This document shows positions 37,501-45,275 of a DNA stretch of 64,000 bases, piece by piece. The notes beneath the pieces were generated by a model, which was not told the DNA's origin, searched no databases, and saw only the letters and a list, made by a program, of their open reading frames with translations. The translations under genes and the position numbers were made by a program. Where the stretch lies: assembly GCA_038087875.1 (NCBI GenBank), contig CM075998.1:6760001-6824000 (forward strand), written 5' to 3'. The first letter of the stretch is position 1; each line of letters starts with the position of its first letter. Source of the stretch: Malacoraja senta (taxonomy: Eukaryota).

Positions 37501-40500
37501 GCAGTTTTTTAAATTAGTTTCTCATGCCTCCTTGAAGAGTATGGGAACGGATGCTGAATCCAGGGCATTGTGGCAGATAAAAATTAATGCATCCGCAATC
37601 TCTATTCAAATGAGAAGGTCCAAGAGATATGTTCTCTTTACATTCGCCAGAGCTTCATTTTTTTTGTTACTGCAAGTTGCCTGCAGTCATTAAAGACAGA
37701 AAATTACTTGTAAATGTTCAGCTGAAAGAATTGGTTATGGTCTCAAGGGAGGAATAGCTAAGAAGCAGCAAGAGCAGACAGTAGGACAGTGATTTTTGAG
37801 ATGACTGCACATTATAACTGATAATGTGGCACCCATGGGACTTTGTGGTAATTGGTGGATTTGATGGATGATGATTAGATGTTATTATTACAGTTATAGT
37901 GTAACAGTTATAGAGAGGTGTAGATAACAACAGGAAAGAAGTTGTTCCTGAATCTGGTGGGACATGCTTTCAAGCTTTTGTATCTTCTGCCTGACAGGAG
38001 AGAGGAGAAATGGGAATGACTGGGATGTAAATGGTTCTTGATTATGTTGGCGGCTTTCCCGAGATTGCGTGGTGTAGATAGAGTCGATGGGTGGGGGGAG
38101 GTTGGTGTGTGTGATGGACTGGGCTATGTCCACCACTTCCTGCAATTTCTTGCAGTCTTGGGCAGAGCTGTTCCTAAACCAAGTTGTGATGCAACCCGAT
38201 AGGATGCTTTCTATGGTGAAGTTGGTAAGTCATTGGAGACGAGCCAAATTTCCTTCGTCTTCTGAGGAAGTAGAGGAATTGGTGTACTCTCAGTCGTAGT
38301 GTGGTTGGGCCAGGACAAATTGTTGGCAATATTTAAGCCCAAGAACCTGAAGATCTCAACCATCTCCACTTCAGCATTGACACTCACTGACACGTGTACA
38401 TCACCCCCTTTGCTGAAGTCAATGACTAGTTCCTTCATCGGCTGATATTGAATGAGAGGCTGTTGTCTTGACACCATGTTACCAAGCTCTCTATCTCCTT
38501 CCTGTAATCAGTGTTGGTGGGTGGTAGGAGAATCAGTTGATGGAGTTTCTCTCAGAGCTGGTGAAGACGATGGGCTGCAAATAAATTGCCCTAGTGCGTG
38601 TTAACAGCAAAAGAATCAAAAGGAACGTTGATGGGTGTGTATGATCCAAACTAAGGGACTGATAGTGTTATTTGCATGGAAGCTGGCATGGAGCAATGGA
38701 CTGAGTGACCTCCATTTGTGCTGTTGTAAACAAGGAAGACTGAGTTTGAGAAAATATGCAACAGAATACAATGATAGCAGATGAAAGTTAACAGAGGGAA
38801 AACGGCAGTAGGCTATTTGCGATAAACAGGTGGCAACGTGTGCTCCGTGAGTGCAATGGAAACAGTGAAGGACAACGCCGAGCAAAATGTTGATGTTTAC
38901 TCAACAAAGTCCACAACCGCAGCCGGCAAGAGAAATTATTGTCAATCACACAAAACAACCTCCTCCCTTTTGATTCTATTTACACTTCACGCTGCGTCGG
39001 GAAACCAGCCAACATAATCAAGGACCACTCACACCCCGGTCATTCCCCCTTCTGCCCTCTCCCATCAGGTTGTACATACAAATGCCTGAAAACACGTATC
39101 ACCAGATTCAGGAACAGCTTCTTTCCTACTGCTGCTAAACTACTGAACCCTTCTCTCATAAGCTGAGGATGCATTCCCAAACTCCCAACTGACCCACCGC
39201 ATTACATCCCTTGCACGTTTTTATCTGCACTTTCTTCGGCGGAGCGGCCGACAGAGCCTGCGGCTGGGGTCCGAGTTGGCACCACGGAGGCATCGACAGC
39301 GGTGAGGCCTCGGAGTCTGTGAAGTCTCGCGGGTCGACCCACGAGAGTATGGGGGGACCGCCATGAGGGGAGAGGGGAAGAACAATGGAGGACCCATTGG
39401 GGGGGACCACTGTGGGGGGGAACCACTGTGTGTGTGGGGGGAGAACTAAAGGAGCCGGCGTGCCTTGTAACTTTGTCATTGCCATAGGTGGCTGCTATTT
39501 GCATACATTGGGTATACAGCAAAGAGTCTCACTGTGCCTAGTCACATGTGACAATAGAGTATTCCATTCCATTCTTCCAGAATTGTGTTCCTGTTTATCA
39601 CCCTCCAGCCTCCGTCTCAATCTTCACCCTCCCTCTCCCCCTCCCAGCTCCTTCCGCCTATCATCCTTCACCACAAATGACCAACTGGCCCACCTTACCA
39701 CCTCCCCCTCTCTTCTTTACACAGGCGATCTCTCCTCTCCATTCTCAGTCCTAGTGCAGGGTTTTAACCCCAAAAAACAACAATTCCTGCCCCCCCCTCC
39801 CATTCCCGTAGGTGCGGTGAGCTCCTACAGCAGATTGGTTCTTGCTGGAAGTGATCAAAACACTGGAGAGAGAGAGAGAGAGAGAGAGAGGCAGAGTCGG
39901 TCCCAAATGCCAGCGGTGTGAGATATCAGCAAAGCATTCACCATTCAAACTATAAAAGAAAAGAGTGGGTGGACATTTAAAGAACCAAAGGAAAAGGATT
40001 ATTACTTTTAATTGAGGGATAAGGAGCAGGATTCAGATTAAGGCCAAGTCACTAGATTAAGGCCAAGTCAATGGGTATTTTTAAGGCGGAGATTGACAGA
40101 TTCTTGATCAGTACAGGTGTCAGGGGTTATGGGGAGAAGGCAGGAGAATGGGGTTGAGAGGGAGTGGTAGATCAGCCATGATTGAATGGTGGAGTAGACT
40201 TGATGGGCCTAATTCTGCTCCTAGAACTCATGAACATGAACTTATTATTAAATAAACGAACAAAGGCAAATTTAGGGTCAAGGTCAAGAAGTTGTCTTTT
40301 CCTCAGAGATGCGGAAAAGGGAAAGAGAAAATGTTGCACTGTTAGAACTTGGCAAATGCTATTGGGGACGTTCGCTTCTTTCTGAATGAAAAACTTACAA
40401 CAACAACCCTCAGATGTAATGATGCTGTGATCAGACAACTTGGTGATGTGTACATTTCATAACAACATTTACATATTTAAATATTTTTCACATCTATATT

Positions 40501-40612
40501 TAATTTATGATACCTCTCTAAATAGAAATTAGAAAACAAATTGAAAGTCAATGATTCTCACCTGTGTGAGCATTGTTACCAGGAGCAAACAGACGATCGC
40601 ACCCCGCTTCAT
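3231..40612 (-). CDS. calcrl: Calcitonin receptor-like class B1 GPCR (CALCRL/CLR-type), spliced; 10 coding exons in window, 3' end off the left edge
   Basis: join(complement 40562-40612, 36240-36387, 34172-34282, 16860-16972, 14499-14590, 11059-11185, 7132-7285, 4745-4805, 3922-3988, 3231-3449) = 1143 nt, open frame, all GT-AG. Motifs [76 protein letters not shown]. Closer to recalled CALCRL than CALCR ([23 protein letters not shown]); exact orthologue versus paralogue not resolved. Confidence 0.9.
3570..3885 (-). mobile_element. CR1 3' end fragment
   Basis: Reverse complement of the CR1 3' region seen at 42430-42770 and 35500-35850. Confidence 0.75.
3922..3988 (-). CDS. calcrl: calcrl-like coding exon 9 ([22 protein letters not shown])
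   Basis: 67 nt, gtctccag / |GTATGT. Confidence 0.95.
4575..4710 (-). mobile_element. CR1 3' tail fragment
   Basis: caatagacaataggtgcaggagtaggccattcggccc tail, shared with 25903 and 1810. Confidence 0.8.
4745..4805 (-). CDS. calcrl: calcrl-like coding exon 8 ([21 protein letters not shown])
   Basis: 61 nt, ctcttgtcag / |GTAAG. Confidence 0.95.
5120..5380 (-). mobile_element. tRNA-derived V-SINE (HE1-like)
   Basis: V-domain reverse complement (gtgggaggaaa..ccggagaaaacccac..ggggagaac..caaactcc) and tRNA-like head. Confidence 0.75.
5930..6865 (+). mobile_element. Old CR1/L2-group LINE 3' end, interrupted by a SINE
   Basis: Degenerate RT C-terminus ([16 protein letters not shown]) ending gatgggcattaaatgcaggacttgccagc. 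Confidence 0.55.
6031..6323 (+). mobile_element. tRNA-derived V-SINE (HE1-like), full length
   Basis: A-box tggcacagcgg, B-box gggttccatt, V-domain ggagtttgtacgttctccccgtg..ctccggtttcctcccac, CR1-like 3' tail ggccgaagggcctgtttcc. Confidence 0.85.
7132..7285 (-). CDS. calcrl: calcrl-like coding exon 7, TM3-TM4 ([51 protein letters not shown])
   Basis: 154 nt, gtctgcag / G|GTAGGT. Confidence 0.96.
7340..7795 (+). mobile_element. CR1 3' end
   Basis: ORF 7370..7657 ([30 protein letters not shown]) followed by tttctatg tail. Confidence 0.88.
8982..9260 (+). mobile_element. V-SINE copy
   Basis: Aligns by eye with 6031-6323. Confidence 0.85.
9878..10184 (-). mobile_element. V-SINE copy, full length with (ctaaa)n tail
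   Basis: tttagtttagtttag tail at left, tRNA-like head at right. Confidence 0.88.
11059..11185 (-). CDS. calcrl: calcrl-like coding exon 6, TM2 ([42 protein letters not shown])
   Basis: 127 nt, cttgccccag / |GTAAGT. Confidence 0.95.
11437..11765 (+). mobile_element. V-SINE copy (older subfamily)
   Basis: Head, V-domain and gggctgaagggcctgttt tail. Confidence 0.75.
12996..13313. mobile_element. PIF/Harbinger-type MITE
   Basis: Imperfect terminal inverted repeats (TIRs) gccctgccccactgtacgag..ctctcccgagttt / aaactcgggagag..ctcgtacagtgggacagggc, flanked by TAA at 12993-12995 and 13314-13316; CpG-rich palindromic interior, non-coding. Confidence 0.75.
14138..14444 (-). mobile_element. V-SINE copy, 55 nt from the exon 5 donor
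   Basis: Same family as 9878-10184. Confidence 0.85.
14499..14590 (-). CDS. calcrl: calcrl-like coding exon 5, TM1 ([31 protein letters not shown])
   Basis: 92 nt, ctgcag / |GTAAGT. Confidence 0.95.
15105..15465 (+). mobile_element. CR1 3' end
   Basis: ORF 15106..15333 RGHSLRI..FFSQRV. Confidence 0.8.
16055..16280 (-). mobile_element. CR1 3' tail
   Basis: atagaaacatggaaaataggtgcagg tail family. Confidence 0.8.
16300..16670 (+). mobile_element. Penelope-like 3' fragment with degenerate hammerhead motif
   Basis: Pyrimidine-rich 3' region, then ctgaagaagggttccgacccaaaatgtcacc at 16582 and pLTR end ccagcatctgca. Confidence 0.6.
16860..16972 (-). CDS. calcrl: calcrl-like coding exon 4 ([38 protein letters not shown])
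   Basis: 113 nt, ttattcag / |GTGAG. Confidence 0.95.
17091..17387. mobile_element. Inverted pair of Penelope pLTRs flanked by 10-bp TSD
   Basis: Arm ~17106-17196 is the reverse complement of arm ~17253-17340; attcatagca at 17091-17100 and 17378-17387. Confidence 0.75.
17957..22455 (+). mobile_element. Near full-length degenerate CR1 LINE (ORF1 SGNH esterase part, APE endonuclease, RT, 3' tail), split by an L2
   Basis: [21 protein letters not shown] (esterase); VGDFN, LDLLLG, SDH (APE); [22 protein letters not shown] (RT); (gttatatg)n tail; several frameshifts and stops. Confidence 0.92.
19697..20870 (-). mobile_element. L2 LINE, 5'-truncated, inserted in CR1 ORF2
   Basis: ORFs 20044..20904 and 19824..20417 ([33 protein letters not shown]); (TAT)n tail; TSD caagta at 19691-19696 and 20871-20876. 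Confidence 0.9.
22745..23105 (+). mobile_element. Penelope-like 3' fragment with pLTR
   Basis: attgatttctctaactt (end of ORF, cf. 42085-42108), pyrimidine tract, gaaacgtcacccattccttctctccagagatgctgcc pLTR. Confidence 0.7.
23335..23602. repeat. (TA/CA)n compound microsatellite
   Basis: Directly visible. Confidence 0.95.
23603..25220 (-). mobile_element. Full-length Tc1-family DNA transposon (Passport-like, IR/DR type)
   Basis: ~215 bp TIRs starting CAGTGGCTTGCAAAAG (23603-~23817, ~25008-25220); TA on both sides; internal direct repeats gcaaaagt(a/t)ttca. Confidence 0.96.
23822..24841 (-). CDS. Tc1 DD34E transposase, uninterrupted 339 aa
   Basis: GRPPK linker, [22 protein letters not shown]; 34 residues counted between the second D and the E. 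Confidence 0.93.
   Translation of the reverse strand: MKPKEHTSQVRDKVVEKFKAGLDYKQISPALNISWSTVQSIIQKWKEYGTTANLPRHGRPPKLTGRARRALIREAAKRPMVTLEELQGSTAQVGESVHRTTISRALHKSSLYGRVARRKPLLKKSHKKSRLQFATSHVGDTANMWRKVLWSDETKIEVLGLNAKRYVWRKPNTAHHPEHTIPTVKHDGGSIMLWGCFSSAGTGKLVRVDGKMDGAKYRAILEENLLESANDLRLGRRFTFQQDNDPKHTARATMEWFRSKHIHVLEWPSQSPDLNSIENLWQDMKIAVHRRSPYNLTELELFCKEEWAKIYVSRCAKLVETYPKRLAAVIAAKGGSTKY
25221..25562. repeat. (TA/CA)n compound microsatellite with atatccatacac higher-order units
   Basis: Directly visible. Confidence 0.95.
25903..31156 (-). mobile_element. CR1 3' end (25903-26173 + 30904-31156), split by DIRS
   Basis: ggcttacccct|tatt|cttaaactgtggcccctgg rejoins across the DIRS; RT C-terminus LEFRRMRG. 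Confidence 0.88.
26174..30903 (+). mobile_element. DIRS1-type tyrosine-recombinase retrotransposon, structurally complete, coding-degenerate
   Basis: Inverted terminal repeats (ITRs) 26191-26225 / 30796-30830; internal complementary region 30578-30674; decayed RT ([28 protein letters not shown]), RNase H (LQTDAS), methyltransferase-like ([24 protein letters not shown]) and YR ([17 protein letters not shown]). Confidence 0.9.
31781..33031 (-). mobile_element. Tx1/L1-clade LINE 3' end inserted in Rex1
   Basis: Zinc motif [17 protein letters not shown] (ORF 32649..32969); poly-T at 31783; TSD ttggtaacc at 31772-31780 and 33032-33040. Confidence 0.8.
32009..32638 (-). mobile_element. L1 3' end inserted in the Tx1 fragment
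   Basis: ORF2 C-terminus ([17 protein letters not shown]); (TTTA)n/T tail; TSD tgctccctctct at 31997-32008 and 32639-32650. Confidence 0.8.
34172..34282 (-). CDS. calcrl: calcrl-like coding exon 3 ([37 protein letters not shown])
   Basis: 111 nt, ttccacag / G|GTAAGT; hormone-receptor domain signature. Confidence 0.95.
34430..34700 (+). mobile_element. Highly decayed Deu-domain SINE (SacSINE1-like) remnant
   Basis: Faint resemblance to recalled Deu consensus (gagacattaacccgagg, tgctgtgcacaaa); related minus-strand traces at ~5850-5925 and ~6880-6950. Confidence 0.35.
34828..35500 (+). mobile_element. GC-rich non-autonomous retroposon family, copy 1
   Basis: Shares cagtctgtctg head, CpG-rich body, ccatcacagtga..tcactgtggtgg hairpin and LINE-like tail with 48920-49750 and 62215-62850. 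Confidence 0.65.
35500..35850 (+). mobile_element. CR1 3' end
   Basis: ORF 35601..35861 RGNFFT..WNALP. Confidence 0.8.
36240..36387 (-). CDS. calcrl: calcrl-like coding exon 2 (SACCVHTT...[21 protein letters not shown])
   Basis: Acceptor ttttctttccag, donor G|GTATGT, 148 nt; AQYKCY helix of the extracellular domain. Confidence 0.9.
36594..36782. mobile_element. ~190 bp palindrome of two Penelope pLTR arms
   Basis: gatagacacaaaatggtggagtaactcagc... is mirrored by ...gctgagttactccagcactttgtgtctatc; flanking near-direct repeat aaagtaaggc(a/t)gca at 36578-36591 and 36801-36814. Confidence 0.85.
36685..36726 (+). ncRNA. Putative minimal type I hammerhead ribozyme motif (Penelope-associated)
   Basis: CTGAAGA (36690-36696), A, stem II GGGT-ctca-ACCC, GAAA (36710-36713), C-GTC cleavage triplet with palindromic ACGT in place of stem III. 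Stem I is weak. Confidence 0.55.
37910..38510 (-). mobile_element. Decayed Rex1-type LINE 3' fragment
   Basis: [30 protein letters not shown]; similar to 25640-25903. Confidence 0.7.
38935..39570 (+). mobile_element. Decayed Rex1-type 3' end with a GC-rich insert
   Basis: ORF 38939..39166 [18 protein letters not shown]; tail gtgacaatagagtattccattccattc. Confidence 0.6.
40562..40612 (-). CDS. calcrl: calcrl-like coding exon 1 (signal peptide [17 protein letters not shown])
   Basis: ATG at 40612, 51 nt hydrophobic peptide, donor CAG|GTGAG. An upstream acceptor ctttctttgcag suggests the exon starts at 40660 with 48 nt of UTR. Phase 0 matches the next exon. Confidence 0.8.
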
Positions 40613-40749
40613 ATCGTGAAATATATTCTGCCCACATAGGGTAAACGAAAGCATGATGAACTGCAAAGAAAGCATAAAGGTGAGTGTGTTGGTTACTAAC
40701 CGATTGGCTGGGAGTCAGATGGTCAAGTATCCAAATTATTTATAGATTA

Positions 40750-42296
40750 TTATGGATGTCCAGTCACTCTACACATCCATCCCCCACCAGGAGGGTCTTA
40801 AAGCCCTCCGTTTCTTCCTCGACCGCAGAACCAACCAATCCCCATCTACTGATACTCTCCTCCGCCTAGCGGAGCTGGTCCTTACCCTTAACAACTTTTC
40901 GTTTGACTCCTCCCATTTCCTCCAAATACAAGGCATAGCTATGGGCATGCGCATGGGCCCTAGCTATGCCTGCCTCTTTGTAGGGTACGTCGAACATTCT
41001 TTGTTCGAGACGTACCAGGGCCCTATCCCCAAATCTACCACCGCTACATCGACGACAGCATTGGTGCTACCTCCTGCACCCACACACAACTCACTGACTT
41101 CATCCATTTCGCCACTAACTTCCATCCAGCACTCAAATACACCTGGACCATTTCCGACATTTCCCTGCCATTTCTAGACCTCACTATCTCCATCGCAGGT
41201 GATAGACTACTGACCGACATCCATATAAACCCACTGACTCCCATGGCTATCTGGACTACACTTCTTCCCACCCTGCTTCCTGTAAGGACTCCATCCCCTA
41301 CTCCCAATTCCTCCATCTACGCCGCATCTGCACCCAGGATGAGGTGTTCCACACCAGGGCATTGGAGATGTCCTCATTCTTCAGGAAATGGGGGTTCCCC
41401 TCTTCTACTATAGATGAGGCTCTCACCAGGGTCTCTTCTATACCCCGTAGCTCTGCTCTCACTCCCCATCCCCCCACTCGTAACAAGGGCAGAGTCCCCC
41501 TTGTCCTCACCTTCCACCCTACCAGCCATCACATACAACAAATAATCCTCCGACATTTTCGCCACCTCCAACAGGATCCCACCACTGGCCACATCTTCCC
41601 ATCTCCTCCCCTGTCTGCTTTCCACAGAGACCGCTCCCTCCATAACTCCCTGTTCAATTTGTCCCTTCCCACCCAAACCACCCCCTCTCCTGGCACTTTC
41701 CCTTGCAACCGCAGGAAATACTTCACTTGTCGCTTTACCTCTCCCCTTGACTCCATTCAAGGACCCAAGCAGTCTTTCCAGGTGCGGCAGAGGTTCACCT
41801 GCACCTCCTCCAACCTCATCTATTGCATCCGCTGCTCTAGGTGTCAACTGCTCAACATCAGTGAGACCAAGCGTAGGCTTGGTGATCGCTTCGCCCAACA
41901 CCTCCGCTCGGTCCGCAATAACCAACCTGATCTACCGGTGGCTCAGCGCTTCAACTCCCCCACCCATTCCGAATCCGACCTGTCTGTCCTGGGCCTCCTC
42001 CATGGCCAGAGTGAGGACCACTGTAAATTGGAGGAGCAGCACCTCATATTTCACTTGGGCAGTTTACACCCCAGCGGTATGAACATTGACTTCTCTAATT
42101 TCAGGTAGTCCCTGCTTTCCCCTCCCCAGCTCTCCCTCAGCCCACTGTCTCCGCCTCTTCCTTTCTTCTTCCCCCACCCTCACATCAGTCAGAGGGGTCT
42201 CGACCCGAAACGGTGCCTATTTCCTTCGCCCGCTGAGTTCCTCCAGCATTTTTGTCTACCTTCGATATTCCGGAATCTGCAGTTCCTTCTTAAACA
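40750..42296 (+). mobile_element. Penelope-like element, 5'-truncated (RT + GIY-YIG endonuclease + pLTR), frameshifted
   Basis: MDVQSLYTSIP, QIQGIAMG, RYIDD, FLDL; NLIYCIRCSRCQLLNISETKRRLGDRFAQH; GMNIDF end; pLTR 42185-42296. Confidence 0.92.
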
Positions 42297-42321
42297 AATT
42301 ATTTATCTCCTCTCTTTACGA

Positions 42322-42770
42322 GGATTTTGCCAGGACTAGAGGGTGTGACCTATAGGCAGAGGTTGAGCAGGCTGGGACTCTATTCCATGGAGCGCAGGAG
42401 GATGAGGGGTGATCTTATAGAGGTGTATAAAATCATGAGAGGAATAGATCGGGTAGATGCAGAGTCTCTTGCCCAGAGTAGGGGAATCGAGGACCAGAGG
42501 ACATTGGTTTAAGGTGAAGGGGAAAAGATTTAATAGGAATCTGAGGGGTACAATTTTCACACAGAGGGTGGTGGGTGTATAAGCTGCCAGAGGAGGTAGT
42601 TGAGGCAGGAACTATCCCATCATTTAAGAAGCAGTTAGACAGGTACATGGATAGGACAGGTTTGGAGGGATAACGCAGGCAGGTGGCACCCGTGTGGCTG
42701 GAACATGTTGGCCGGCGTGGGCAGGTTGGACATAGGGGCTGTTTCCACACTGTATCACTCTGTGACTCTG
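42322..42770 (+). mobile_element. CR1 3' end
   Basis: LGLYSMERRRMRGDLIEVYKIM. Confidence 0.85.
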
Positions 42771-43717
42771 TGCAACCTGGCCCATTCGCTCCTTCCTGTT
42801 TGCAACCATTCTATTTTGCTCTCTGGTCGCCAGGCTCTCCCATTTGCACAGAATCATCTCCCAGGATCAACCAGTGGGTTCGGAGGAACTCTATGGTCGG
42901 GCCACCCAGGCTAGAGAACAAGGATTCATGAAAGGAAAGAATTGTCATGTTGATTCCTTCTGAGGGGGAGTATTCAGCTAGCAGCTCCACTATCTGCTGA
43001 CAGACTCCTTGCCACTTCTCCAGCAAGTAGAAGGATGAGCCACAGTCAAAATCATGCAGTATTGGGATCCGTGACCTCATGTATGCACCTCGGGACTGTT
43101 CAAGATGCAGCTCCCTTCTTTCTCCTGGTATTCCCTAAACAAAAGCAGGTCCCCAATGGTACAACCTAAAAGGAACACATCAGACAATTCTCTTCCAAAC
43201 CACTCGATCTTAAAATCCCGTCTCTTGATCAACCCTCTGCTGACAGTAAAAAATGGATGTGGGCCTTTCCCACAGGTCAGTCGAGGCCACTCGTAGCCCT
43301 GACCTCCTTCACAAAGGTCTTGAGTTTGCGTGGAGACATTCCTATGGAGGAGATACAGGAGTTCATTGCAGGCATCAAAGATACTGAGCATAGGCCCAAA
43401 CTGGCCTCCCTTTGCTGATCAAATGTGCCTGGGCTCCTGAGATTTCTGCAAGTCATCCTCAAGTGTAAGTGGAAGGCTACGGCGAGGGGAAATGACCAGC
43501 ACAAACTCAAGACCTTCTTGGACAACTTTGTGAAGGAGGTCAGATCCCACTGTGAGACCAGTGGGACAAGTAGCTACTTTGTGACCTCTAGGGCGACTTT
43601 CACCATACACAGGGGATCGCCGTACACGGGGATCCCCACCAGAGTACGAGACTGCAACTGGAACCAAAGGGAGAAAACATGGCGCAGTCTGCTCGCCCGA
43701 AGACTGAGAGGGATAGG

Positions 43718-45275
43718 TAGCAATGTTACAAAATTTTGACATTTTAAAAATCAAGTCTGCAATTTATCCCATCAGATAAAGCATAAAAAGAACTTTAATT
43801 TGACACCTAATTCACTTTCATATCTTCAGTATTGAAAAAGTTATGGCCATTTTCATACTCGGAAATTAGCATCTTGTTCCCTATTGCTTTTCCATTGACT
43901 TGACACAAAAGCTGTGATCGAGGACAGTCAAAAGCCCATAACTTTCTTAAAAATTAAGAGAACTGAATGACATTTTCAGTTATTATTGATTGAAGCATTC
44001 TGAAACAAATATAAAACATCTTACTTGGATGACCTGAAATTAAAGCATATAATTAGTTAGTTACCTAATTGTAGTTAATTACAAAATTGACCGTTGTGAC
44101 GGAAATAGTAATAAACACCCAGACTGCCTTGAAAATTCAAAAATGTGATATTCTCAAGATCAGAACTTTAATATTATTGTATTAAATGCTGTAAGTCCGT
44201 AACAGATAGGTAAATAAATTACAATTTCTAGCAATAGACCAAGTCTTTATGGAGAAGATCAGTTGCTAGCTGGTACATTGGCATATCATAATCAGTAGCA
44301 TCATCATACTCCTCAGATTGTAACCAATAAGCAACTCTGTACACCTTGTTTTTCCTCAACTTTTCAATTTTGGCATTGTAAACTACACGTTTTTGCTCTT
44401 CAAACCACGCATGACATGCCTTTCTGCCCACTACTTTCCCATTAAGAATGTTCTGTAGATTCAATTTCTTAAGAGAAGGATAATTTTTTTAAATAGCCTA
44501 AGTATCGAAAAAACAAACTAATCCCATTCACACAGGAATTCACAATATAACATGATTTTTAAATCTCACTCTCATGAATTTATATGCCAGATGGAAGGAA
44601 TTTAATGTTTAATTCCCATAAATTAATCCAGAAACATCCACTCAAAATATAATCAAAATTATTGTTTTTTGCACAATACATGTGACTCAAACTGTTGTGA
44701 ATATTTAGTTTAAAAATAATGATAATGGAGAGAGAATAACACAAAATATAGACAAATTGGGCGGCTTATGACATAACTGTCCAAAAAAAAGAGGATTTAA
44801 ATCACCTTGCCTCTGGAACGCGATCGATTGGAACGTTGCATTTGCAGTGAATTTGAACTCCATATCAGCAGGAAAAACACTGCCGGTTCGTATGGGGCCC
44901 AAATAACATTTTCACAACGTACAATTAGATTAAAGCCATCCCAAGAAGCAAGATTATATGTAAAATATACGACTTACCCTTTGTTTTGTCCCGTTCTTGC
45001 GATCTGTCACGTTGTAGGCATTGAGGGCGTTCGAAGTCGCTTTTTATTTTAATCCAAATATTAAATTGTCCAGCTAATTTTTTTTTTTAATATACCGCGA
45101 ACGGAAGTCCGATTGATTTTTCATCAGCAGCTAGCAGCCCGAGGAAGTCCACCTCCGACAGGCAGTACAAAACTGGATTTTAATCCCGCCCCCCCCCCTC
45201 AAAGGCGCCAAAGTCGCGCACACGGCCAGTGGCAGAACTGCAGCGCCGCTGAAGGTAAGTTTTGTAACATCGCTA
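43718..45275 (-). mobile_element. Internally deleted TIR DNA transposon (hAT-like, tentative)
   Basis: TIRs TAGCAATGTTACAAAA / TTTTGTAACATCGCTA; imperfect TSD ggata-gg (43711-43717) / ggataagg (45276-45283); retains a 78-codon ORF tail at 44228..44464. Confidence 0.75.

Noticed and set aside
43077..43754. Minus-strand ORFs as the real coding strand
   Set aside because: They are the in-register antisense of the + frame and show typical shadow composition; strand preference is a judgement, not proven.
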